Below, piece after piece: positions 56,274-64,000 of a stretch of 64,000 nucleotides of DNA. Under the pieces are notes generated by a model that worked only from the letters and a program-made list of their open reading frames with translations, ran no database searches and was not told the origin of the DNA. The translations under genes and the position numbers were made by a program. Position 1 is the stretch's first letter; every line of letters begins with the position of its first letter. Source of the DNA: Lachnospiraceae bacterium (GTDB lineage: Bacteria; Bacillota; Clostridia; Lachnospirales; Lachnospiraceae); assembly GCA_050874665.1 (NCBI GenBank), contig JBNMLC010000006.1, positions 12,930 to 76,929 of the forward strand, read 5' to 3'.

Positions 56274-58232
56274 TTATTTCTGTTGTTCTACCTCTATCTT
56301 ACGAATTTCTTTTGTTCTAATTTCTTTGCAGATTGCGTCAATAAAATCTGCCAATGGCTTCTGACCTTCATCTCCTAAAAATCTGCTTCTTACGGAAACT
56401 ACCTTCTGTTCCTCTTCCTGCTGTCCTACAACAAGCATGTATGGAACTTTGGCAAGTCTTGCCTCTCTGATTTTATAACCTATTTTTTCTGCACGATTAT
56501 CTACCGTTGCAAGAATTCCATTATCTTTTAATTCACTTTCTACCTTTGCAGCATAATCTTTATATTTTTCAGAAATCGGTAATACCCTTACCTGTTCCGG
56601 GCATAACCATGTCGGGAACATTCCGGCATACTTTTCAATCAGCCATGCCAATGTTCTTTCATAGCACCCCATACTGGTTCTATGAATAATGTACGGGCGG
56701 ACTTTCTCGCCGTTCTGATCTACATAATACATATCAAACTGTTCAGCCAATAAAGCATCCCATTGAATCGTAATCATCGTGTCTTCTTTTCCATATACGT
56801 TCTTCGCCTGTATATCTACCTTAGGTCCATAGAATGCTGCTTCTCCCTCTTCTTCAAAAAATGGGATTTCCAAATCATTTAATACATCTCTGATTCTTTG
56901 TTGAGTTTCTTCCCATACTTCTGCAGAACCAATATACTTATCTGCATTATTCGGATCCCATTTTGACAGACGGTAAGTAACATCTTCTTCCACGCCAAGT
57001 GTTCTCAGACAATATCTTGCCAAGTCAAGGCAGGCTTTAAATTCTTCATCCATCTGATCCGGTCTGACAATCAAATGGCCTTCTGAAATAGTAAACTGAC
57101 GGACTCTGGTAAGTCCATGCATTTCTCCGGAATCTTCGCAGCGGAACAAGGTCGATGTTTCCCCATAACGAAGTGGTAAATCTCTGTAAGATTTTTGGCT
57201 TGCTTTGTATACATAATACTGGAATGGGCAGGTCATCGGACGAAGTGCAAACACTTCTTTATCTTTTTCTTCATCTCCCATAACAAACATATCTTCCTTA
57301 TAATGATCCCAATGTCCTGAAATCTTATACAAATCGCTTTTAGCCATTAAAGGAGTTTTGGTTCTTACATAGCCACGTTTTTCTTCTTCGTCTTCAATCC
57401 AACGTTGTAATGTCTGAATGATTTTCGTTCCTTTTGGCATTAACAGCGGAAGTCCCTGACCAATGACATCTACTGTCGTAAATAATTCCATTTCTCTTCC
57501 CAGTTTATTATGATCACGCTTCTTAATGTCTTCTAAATGTTCCAAGTATGCCTCTAATTCATCTTTCTTATTAAAAGCAGTTCCATATACACGTGTCAAC
57601 ATTTTATTTTTTTCATTCCCTCTCCAATATGCACCTGAAGAAGAAATCAGCTTAAACGCCTTAATATTCTTTGTACTCATCATATGAGGTCCCGCACAAA
57701 GATCTGTAAATTCACCCTGACGATAGAAAGAAATTTCTGCATCTTCCGGTAAATCTTCGATTAATTCTACTTTATATGGTTCTCCCTTACCTTTCATAAA
57801 CTCAATTGCTTCTGCTCTCGGTAAAGTATATCTTTCTAATGTTTTTCCTTCTTTAATGATTTTCTTCATTTCTTTTTCCAACGCATCTAAATCTTCCCTG
57901 GAAAATGGTTCACATTCAAAATCATAATAAAATCCAGTATCGATTGATGGTCCGATTGCAAGCTTTGCTTCCGGATGCAATCTCTTTACTGCTTCTGCTA
58001 ATACATGAGATGTCGTATGTCGCAATACAGCTAATCCCTGTTCATCATTTGCTGTAAGAATATTCAATGCACAATCCTGCTTTAGCATGGTTCTTAAATC
58101 CACTACTTCACCATTTACTTCTCCTGCAACTGCCACTCTGGCAAGTCCCTCGCTAATGTCCTTTGCAATATCATATACTGACATTTCTGAAGCATATTCT
58201 TTTACACTTCCATCTTTTAACGTTACCTTCAT
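56274..58232 (-). CDS. thrS: threonine--tRNA ligase
   Basis: TGS N-terminus MKVTLKDGSVKEY, class II core and anticodon-binding domain. ATG at 58232 sits 8 nt after AAGGAG. Confidence 0.96.
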   Translation of the reverse strand: MKVTLKDGSVKEYASEMSVYDIAKDISEGLARVAVAGEVNGEVVDLRTMLKQDCALNILTANDEQGLAVLRHTTSHVLAEAVKRLHPEAKLAIGPSIDTGFYYDFECEPFSREDLDALEKEMKKIIKEGKTLERYTLPRAEAIEFMKGKGEPYKVELIEDLPEDAEISFYRQGEFTDLCAGPHMMSTKNIKAFKLISSSGAYWRGNEKNKMLTRVYGTAFNKKDELEAYLEHLEDIKKRDHNKLGREMELFTTVDVIGQGLPLLMPKGTKIIQTLQRWIEDEEEKRGYVRTKTPLMAKSDLYKISGHWDHYKEDMFVMGDEEKDKEVFALRPMTCPFQYYVYKASQKSYRDLPLRYGETSTLFRCEDSGEMHGLTRVRQFTISEGHLIVRPDQMDEEFKACLDLARYCLRTLGVEEDVTYRLSKWDPNNADKYIGSAEVWEETQQRIRDVLNDLEIPFFEEEGEAAFYGPKVDIQAKNVYGKEDTMITIQWDALLAEQFDMYYVDQNGEKVRPYIIHRTSMGCYERTLAWLIEKYAGMFPTWLCPEQVRVLPISEKYKDYAAKVESELKDNGILATVDNRAEKIGYKIREARLAKVPYMLVVGQQEEEQKVVSVRSRFLGDEGQKPLADFIDAICKEIRTKEIRKIEVEQQK

Positions 58233-58254
58233 TTTTCTTTCTCCTTCCACTTTG

Positions 58255-58552
58255 AATCTCCTTTATAAAACGTAACAAGCTCTTTTCGATAGAGTAAAAA
58301 TAGAGTAAAAAATCCCTGCCAATGCAGATAACTACACTGGCAGGGACGAATATACAAATCCGCGGTTCCACCCTGATTGTCTGGTATCAAACCTCTTATT
58401 TTATGATTATAACGTAATCAACGTGCTCTATGAAAGCAACTCCGGGGTGGTCTTCAAATAATTCCTATCGAAATGTCACACCAAACCATTTCTCTCTGCA
58501 GATATTCCTTATCTTACTCTTCCCATCAACATTTTATGTTTATTCTTTTTAC
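58255..58552 (-). promoter_or_regulatory. T-box leader (Thr specifier ACC) with terminator
   Basis: Minus strand has AAUCAGGGUGGAACCGCGG (T-box, 58361-58378). Terminator UCCCUGCCA...UGGCAGGGAUUUUUU (58305-58347). Stem I elements AGAGA and GGUGUGA. Specifier context GAAG-ACC-A (58449-58451). TTGACA-18-TAGAAT promoter at 58560-58589. Confidence 0.85.
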
Positions 58553-58662
58553 TATAGCTATTCTATACCCAAAGGAAATAATTTGTCAAGTTATTCTTGA
58601 TTTTCATAAAAAGACGTTGTATTGTTTAGTTGTGGATTTTACAATTAAGGAGATAACTAATT

Positions 58663-59934
58663 ATGAAGAATTACATAAAAAATAAGATGCACTCGGCTGT
58701 TTTATATATGAAAACTTTTACGAAATGGCTGCTGCTCTCTACGATTATGGGAGTGGTCTGCGGAATTGCCGGAACTGCATTTCACTATTCCGTTGATTTT
58801 GCTACCACAAAGCGTACACTTTACCCCTATCTTATCTTTTTTTTACCACTGGCAGGTCTTTGTATTGTATTTCTCTACCGCCACTGTGGTATGGAAGAAG
58901 ACAAAGGAACTAACGCAGTCATTAATTCTGCCTGTTCCACTGAAACCATTCCTCCGCAAATGGGATTTCTGATTTTTATTTCGACCTTTTTAACTCACTT
59001 GTGCGGTGGTTCTGCCGGACGTGAGGGAGCCGCTTTGCAAATCGGCGGAAGTATTGCATCTGTTTTCAATAAAATATTTCATTTTACAGAGGAGGATAAA
59101 CGCATTCTTATCATGTGCGGCATGAGTGGATTATTTTCTGCTTTATTTAATACCCCTATTACTGCTGCTGTTTTTTCTTTAGAAGCCATCAAGGTTGGAA
59201 CCATCTATTATGGTGCACTAATTCCTTGCCTTATGTCTTCTGCCATAGCCTATATTTTTTCTCACTATTTTAACATCAAACCAATTACATATAAAATTTC
59301 CGATTTGCCAGCCATTACCCCGGAAGTTTTGATAAAAGTAATTTTATTTGCTATTTTGTGTGCGATTGTGAGTATTGTATTCTGCGAATGCATGAGATTT
59401 TCGACTGCACTATACAAAAAATATTTTGGCAATCCTTATCTTCGAATTGTTGTAGGCTCTTTACTTATCATTGCACTTACCCTAGTGATTGGAACAAGAG
59501 ATTACAATGGTGCAGGAATGAACGTAATTGCCCGGGCAATTCAAGGTGATGCTGTACCGGAAGCATTTCTGTTAAAAATTATTTTTACCACTTTAACTCT
59601 AGGTGCCGGATTTAAGGGCGGTGAAATTGTTCCCGTATTCTTTATTGGTTCTACTTTTGGCTGCTTTGCCGGAACGCTTCTTGGACTTGATCCCGGTTTT
59701 GCGGCTGCTTTAGGATTAGCCGCCGTTTTCTGTGCCTGCGTCAATGCACCTTTGGCATCCATTTTCTTAAGTGTAGAACTCTTTGGTTCTACCAGGATTC
59801 TGTTATTTGCCATTGTATGTGCCGTAAGCTACACTTTGTCCGGAAATTACAGTCTATACAGTAGTCAAAAATTTCTATATTCGAAAAAAAGTCCCGGTTA
59901 CTTGATTCAAAAGCATCACAAATCTGTCTGGTAA
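58663..59934 (+). CDS. voltage-gated chloride channel (ClC) family protein
   Basis: 423 aa and polytopic. GGSAGREGAALQIGGS and GAGFKGGEIVP motifs. Confidence 0.85.
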   Translation: MKNYIKNKMHSAVLYMKTFTKWLLLSTIMGVVCGIAGTAFHYSVDFATTKRTLYPYLIFFLPLAGLCIVFLYRHCGMEEDKGTNAVINSACSTETIPPQMGFLIFISTFLTHLCGGSAGREGAALQIGGSIASVFNKIFHFTEEDKRILIMCGMSGLFSALFNTPITAAVFSLEAIKVGTIYYGALIPCLMSSAIAYIFSHYFNIKPITYKISDLPAITPEVLIKVILFAILCAIVSIVFCECMRFSTALYKKYFGNPYLRIVVGSLLIIALTLVIGTRDYNGAGMNVIARAIQGDAVPEAFLLKIIFTTLTLGAGFKGGEIVPVFFIGSTFGCFAGTLLGLDPGFAAALGLAAVFCACVNAPLASIFLSVELFGSTRILLFAIVCAVSYTLSGNYSLYSSQKFLYSKKSPGYLIQKHHKSVW

Positions 59935-59965
59935 AAAAAGCGCCGCAAGCTGCGACGCTTTTTTA
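59933..59965. terminator. bidirectional terminator between the ClC gene and the SEC-C gene
   Basis: AAAAAAAGCGCCGCA-agc-TGCGACGCTTTTTT, with one mismatch in the stem. Confidence 0.7.
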
Positions 59966-59975
59966 GCAGTATTGT

Positions 59976-60476
59976 CTATCTGCCACAACATTTTTTGTAT
60001 TTCTTACCGCTTCCGCATGGACATGGATCATTACGTCCAATCTTTGGTCCCTTTACAATAGTTCCAGATGCCTTCTGTTCCTTATAAAGTCTTCTGCGTT
60101 CTTCTGCTGTAAAGATTTTCTCCCACTGTGGAAGTTCATACAACCAGTCAGCTTTTGCATCCACCATGTTCTTATATAACAGTTCTTTATCGTACTCCAG
60201 ATTGACAATCGTATCTTCTTCCATCTCTTCGATTGGATTTGCTACTTTCAAACTATCATTAATTCCATCCAGAAATCCTGTCATATTAAATACATCTGTA
60301 CCATACTTTTCTGCTAATTCTTTTACGGTTCCTTTATTTTCCTGATCCGGAATCTCTAATAACTTTTCATAAATTCCTTTTTCTAACAGAAAATAGTTGC
60401 TCCAAAATCTCTGTAATGTTCCTTTATCCGTATTTTCATTATAGGCAACTTTACGCCACTGTTCTAATAATGCCAT
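59976..60476 (-). CDS. SEC-C metal-binding motif protein
   Basis: C-terminal [17 protein letters not shown], a SecA-type zinc motif. Confidence 0.7.
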   Translation of the reverse strand: MALLEQWRKVAYNENTDKGTLQRFWSNYFLLEKGIYEKLLEIPDQENKGTVKELAEKYGTDVFNMTGFLDGINDSLKVANPIEEMEEDTIVNLEYDKELLYKNMVDAKADWLYELPQWEKIFTAEERRRLYKEQKASGTIVKGPKIGRNDPCPCGSGKKYKKCCGR

Positions 60477-60589
60477 TTTTCTACCACCTTTAGCTCATTC
60501 ATTTTTTCTGTTTGCATAAAACATTCCATACTATTGTTATTTATTTTGCCTGGTTTGTCAATAGTTATTTTTCTTAAATTTTACTTATT

Positions 60590-63500
60590 TCACTTAACTT
60601 TCACTGTCTTTACCGGACTATAACCGCCATATACTTGTTTTCCTGATACCTTTTTATAGCTTCTCATTCGCACATAGTACTTACTTCCCTTTTTCAACTT
60701 TCCTGACTGAAACTTAAGCTTTCCATTGCTACTTATCTCTTTTTTCTTTACCTTTTTCTTAAAATTCTTATCCGTAGAATATTCTATCTCGTATCCATCT
60801 GCATCTATATTCTGACTCCATTCTAATTTAATCTTATTATTTTTCGCAAAGATACGAGTCATTTTAGGTGCTGCCACACCAATATCAAAAGTCAGTGTTT
60901 TTTTGCCCGTATAATTTCCTTTGCCCGAAAGGATAACACTTGCCTTTCCTATTGCCTTATTTTTTTTATAAGTCAAGGAATAATCCTTCCCTGATTTTAG
61001 TTTTTTACTGCCAAAAAATGCCGTCACTTTAGGTTTTATCGTTTTTCCGGTATAGGTAACGCTTTCTTGCATATTTACTGTTATCTCTCTCACATGTGCA
61101 GGTTTTATCGTAAATTGAATTTTCTGATTTCCCGTATAGTTTCTAAGCCCTGTCACTTCTGCATATGCTGTTCCTGCATTCTTATTGTTACTGTATGATA
61201 CCTTGTAATCCTTTCCTAATGTCAGAACGCTTCCATTATCTTTTATTATAACATCGGGTTTTACAGCCGTTCCCGTGTAACCCACAGCTTTCATCTCCCC
61301 TATTGTTATTTCTGCCATGTTTTTAGGTTGAATCTTGAAAGATACTTTCCTTTCACCGGTATAATTTCCTTTCCCACTGACAGTAACATTGGCAACTCCT
61401 GCATTTATGTTATTTTCATAATTCAGAGTATAATCCGTATCATTTTTCAGCCTTACTTCGCCATCTAGTGCTTCAATATCAGGCTTTAATTCTACACCAC
61501 TATAAGTTTCCTCCGGCATTGTCAAAATCTGAATATCTTTTAACTCTTTTGGCAGAATTTTAAATTCAATTTGTGCCTTATCACAGAAGTTTCCAATTCC
61601 TTTCACTTCAATAATGCCATTTCCTGCGTTAATATTTTCACTATAAGAAATCTCATAGTCAATGCCTTCCTGCAGTTCTTGTTCATTTAACAAAATTGTC
61701 GGCTTTGGTTTATTTTCCTTTCCGCTGTAAATAAACACATCATTACAAAACATATCGGTTTTTTCTATCGGTCTTGGGAGAATGGAAAATTCTATCGTTG
61801 TGCTTCCGGAATAATTTCCCATTCCGGTAATATTGATTTTTCCAATTCCAATCTCTACATTTTCTTCGTATTCTACTTGATAATCTTCGTCCTGAACCAA
61901 TATTGTACTGTCATGATGCATGGTAAATTCCGGTGTAATTTCCTTTGCCGCATAATACTGAGCCGGAATTTTTGAAACATCCACATATTCGACATCTCTT
62001 GGTATAATCTCAAACTTTGTTTTTATGATTCCCTGATAATTTCCCTTGAAAATCACCTCAACATTTGCAGTACCCACATTTTTATTTTCTGTGTAAGCAA
62101 TCGTATAATCTGTTCCCTGAACCAATTGGTAGGTTCCATCTTTCATAATAATATCCGGTTTAATCTCTCTTGCTGTATAAATTTGTGATGCAATGGTTTC
62201 CACTGTCACAAAAGAGCTGTCACGTACACAAATATTAAAATTCCTTTCGATTTGTCCCTTATAATTTCCTTTACCATAAATCATTACGGTTGCTGTACCA
62301 GCATTGATATTGTTTTCATATTTTAAAACATAATCTTCATTTTCTATTAATGCGGTGTCAAGTTCTGTGTCATATACTGAAATAGTCGGTTTTTGTTCAA
62401 AGCCATTATAGTCCAAATCAGGAATAGCCTCCACCTTCAACTCATTAATAGCCTTTGGCTCTATAATAAAAGTTTCTTCTGATTGCTTTCCATAATTTCC
62501 CTGTCCGGAAATAAGAATTTTGGCAGTTCCTGCGTTGATATTGTCCTGATAAACATAAGTATAATCCTGTCCTTCTTTTAATTGCGTTGAACCATCTTCC
62601 ATGATTACTTCAGGGCAGATTTCCATACCATTATACACCTGATTTTTAATAGGCTTCATTGCTGCCCTTCCTATATGTTTAGCTTCAATCACAAAATTTC
62701 TGGTAATGGTCCCTTTATAATTTCCCTTACCAATAATCTCTACCTTTGCCTCTCCAATATTGTAATTATCACTATAATTGGCATTGTAATCTTTTCCATA
62801 CACCAATTCAGTTTCTGCAAAACTAAGATTTAATTTCGGCACTACTGCCTGTCCTGTATATACTTGATTTGGTATCTCTGCAATTGCAGTGTCCGAGATA
62901 TCTGCCGGATTAATTTTAAATGTCTCCTTAATTGTCCCATCAAATTCTCTTTTTCCCTGCAAAGTCACAGTTGCCGTCCCTGCATCTACATTATTTGTAT
63001 AAGTTATCGTATAGTCTTTTCCTTCTTCTAAAATGTCACTCCCATAGACCGCCTTAATTTCCGGTTTTATTTCTTTGCCACAATAAGTCTGATCTGTAAT
63101 CTTTTCCACGTTAACTGTTGCCATAGATTTAAATGTTCCGGTTGTCATTAGAGTAAAAGAAACTGTATCATTTTCTGCAACCTGATATTTGTATGTAACA
63201 GGCAAAGACGTATTTACAAAACGTATCACTCCATCTTCTAAGGTAGCATTGATCAGCTCCTTAATCTTGCCTTCCTCAAGCCCCGTATGATCTGCTAGTT
63301 CAAATACCGGACTTTCTACAGTTCTTTCATTATTTTCACAAATGAACGTAGTAATATTTCGGTTATTGCTAATATCCAATGATAACAACTCATTATTACT
63401 GCATAACAAAGATGTCAGCAGTGTATTTGAGGTGACGTCCAGGATTTGTAGCTTATTATTTCTACAATCCAGGCTGCTTAATGCAGTACTTTTTTTCACG

Positions 63501-64000
63501 TTAATTTCTTTCAGTTGATTATTGCTGCAATCTACCTGTTGTAATCTTTCAATGTTGCTTAAATCCAATACTTGTAACTGATTTTCGCTACAATCTAAAA
63601 TCTTTAATGTATTATTCGCACTCAAGTCTATACTTTGTAACCGATTATTTTCACAATTCAATTTCTCCAGATTTGGATTATTTTGAAAATCAAGTTTTTG
63701 TATCATAGAGCCGTCACAGTACACTTCCTTCAATGCACTATTGCTGTCTGTATTTAATTCCTGTAAACTTTGATTTCCTCCACAGTCTAATATCGTTAAA
63801 TTTTTAGCATATGCTATATTAAGCCCAGCAATCAGATTGTTTCTACAATATAATTCTTTTAAAAATCCACAATTTTCAATGGAAAGTTCCCCAAGCATGT
63901 TGTCTGAGCAGTTAATCACCTGCAATTCAAGATTGTTACTGACATTCAGCGTTACCAGTCTATTGTTATTGCAATAAAGTTTCATAAGCTTTTTATTTTG
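60590..64000 (-). CDS. large secreted/surface protein: leucine-rich repeats + 10 tandem ~75-aa repeats + C-terminal FN3-like domain (5' end outside the window)
   Basis: The frame stays open upstream of the first Met (…QNKKLMKLYCNNN) to the window edge. Has LRR units L..L.C..N.L..L. No stop codon until 60590. Confidence 0.8.
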   Translation of the reverse strand, partial: QNKKLMKLYCNNNRLVTLNVSNNLELQVINCSDNMLGELSIENCGFLKELYCRNNLIAGLNIAYAKNLTILDCGGNQSLQELNTDSNSALKEVYCDGSMIQKLDFQNNPNLEKLNCENNRLQSIDLSANNTLKILDCSENQLQVLDLSNIERLQQVDCSNNQLKEINVKKSTALSSLDCRNNKLQILDVTSNTLLTSLLCSNNELLSLDISNNRNITTFICENNERTVESPVFELADHTGLEEGKIKELINATLEDGVIRFVNTSLPVTYKYQVAENDTVSFTLMTTGTFKSMATVNVEKITDQTYCGKEIKPEIKAVYGSDILEEGKDYTITYTNNVDAGTATVTLQGKREFDGTIKETFKINPADISDTAIAEIPNQVYTGQAVVPKLNLSFAETELVYGKDYNANYSDNYNIGEAKVEIIGKGNYKGTITRNFVIEAKHIGRAAMKPIKNQVYNGMEICPEVIMEDGSTQLKEGQDYTYVYQDNINAGTAKILISGQGNYGKQSEETFIIEPKAINELKVEAIPDLDYNGFEQKPTISVYDTELDTALIENEDYVLKYENNINAGTATVMIYGKGNYKGQIERNFNICVRDSSFVTVETIASQIYTAREIKPDIIMKDGTYQLVQGTDYTIAYTENKNVGTANVEVIFKGNYQGIIKTKFEIIPRDVEYVDVSKIPAQYYAAKEITPEFTMHHDSTILVQDEDYQVEYEENVEIGIGKINITGMGNYSGSTTIEFSILPRPIEKTDMFCNDVFIYSGKENKPKPTILLNEQELQEGIDYEISYSENINAGNGIIEVKGIGNFCDKAQIEFKILPKELKDIQILTMPEETYSGVELKPDIEALDGEVRLKNDTDYTLNYENNINAGVANVTVSGKGNYTGERKVSFKIQPKNMAEITIGEMKAVGYTGTAVKPDVIIKDNGSVLTLGKDYKVSYSNNKNAGTAYAEVTGLRNYTGNQKIQFTIKPAHVREITVNMQESVTYTGKTIKPKVTAFFGSKKLKSGKDYSLTYKKNKAIGKASVILSGKGNYTGKKTLTFDIGVAAPKMTRIFAKNNKIKLEWSQNIDADGYEIEYSTDKNFKKKVKKKEISSNGKLKFQSGKLKKGSKYYVRMRSYKKVSGKQVYGGYSPVKTVKVK
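60875..63115 (-). repeat. 10 tandem, diverged ~225-nt coding repeats inside the surface protein
   Basis: Each unit reads ...YTG..(I/V)KP.......L..G.DY...Y.NN.NAGTA.V...GKGNY.G.....F.I.P. Confidence 0.75.

Noticed and set aside
58590-58662. Fluoride (crcB-motif) riboswitch upstream of the ClC gene
   Set aside because: There are only about 70 nt of AT-rich sequence with an SD. There is no GGCGAUGG...CCGCC-type pseudoknot core. Much of the gap belongs to the divergent thrS promoter/T-box.
1-64000. CRISPR arrays, rRNA operons, intact IS elements, transposases or integrases, toxin-antitoxin or known defence-system genes
   Set aside because: There is no regularly spaced direct-repeat array, no rRNA-like conserved stretch and no DDE/tyrosine/serine recombinase motif in any sizeable ORF. 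The only mobility signature is the tRNA-Leu att-like repeat.

Overview
AT-rich, low-GC Firmicutes-type (Clostridia/Lachnospiraceae-like) chromosomal segment. About 65 genes, nearly all on the minus strand, plus three RNA genes, two RNA leaders and several hairpin terminators. Housekeeping content, in coordinate order: pcrA 5' fragment, aspA with a divergent Lrp/AsnC regulator, uvrA-uvrB behind a Cheo-type LexA box, a folate operon (folC-folE-HD-folP-folBK), pyrBI, tcdA, azlCD, RNase P RNA, the Firmicutes block dgt-like/dnaG/rpoD/trmK/nif3, lrgAB, two CobW-family G3E GTPases, two tRNA-Leu genes, hflX, infC-rpmI-rplT with a leader attenuator, thrS with a Thr T-box, a ClC channel, and the 3' 3.4 kb of a large LRR/repeat surface protein. 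The part worth a second look is a contiguous ~15 kb sulfur block (19136-33955). (i) A protein-thiocarboxylate cluster: Rrf2 regulator, rhodanese-TtcA fusion, cysK, metY, a small siroheme sulfite reductase, TusA, thioredoxin, a ThiS-like carrier ending GG-AR, a ThiF-like E1 and a JAMM protease. (ii) Immediately upstream, a metK-led operon carrying two copies of an unassigned two-gene module, built into a TauABC/SsuABC-type importer. Each module is a ~420-aa enzyme with a CX9CX2C Cys triad (radical-SAM-like) followed by a 156-aa split-barrel flavoprotein-like protein. This operon ends in a truncated apt remnant, has no recognisable S-box, and is preceded by a Cys-rich 31-codon uORF and two identical cre/LacI-type operators. 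I propose it, as inference only, as a candidate O2-independent organosulfur (sulfonate?) utilisation system feeding sulfite to the neighbouring reductase. Also notable: a ~1.7 kb decayed integrative islet flanked by a 24-nt duplication of the tRNA-Leu(CAG) 3' end, and a tRNA-Leu whose anticodon reads AAG. No CRISPR array, rRNA or intact transposase/integrase was seen.
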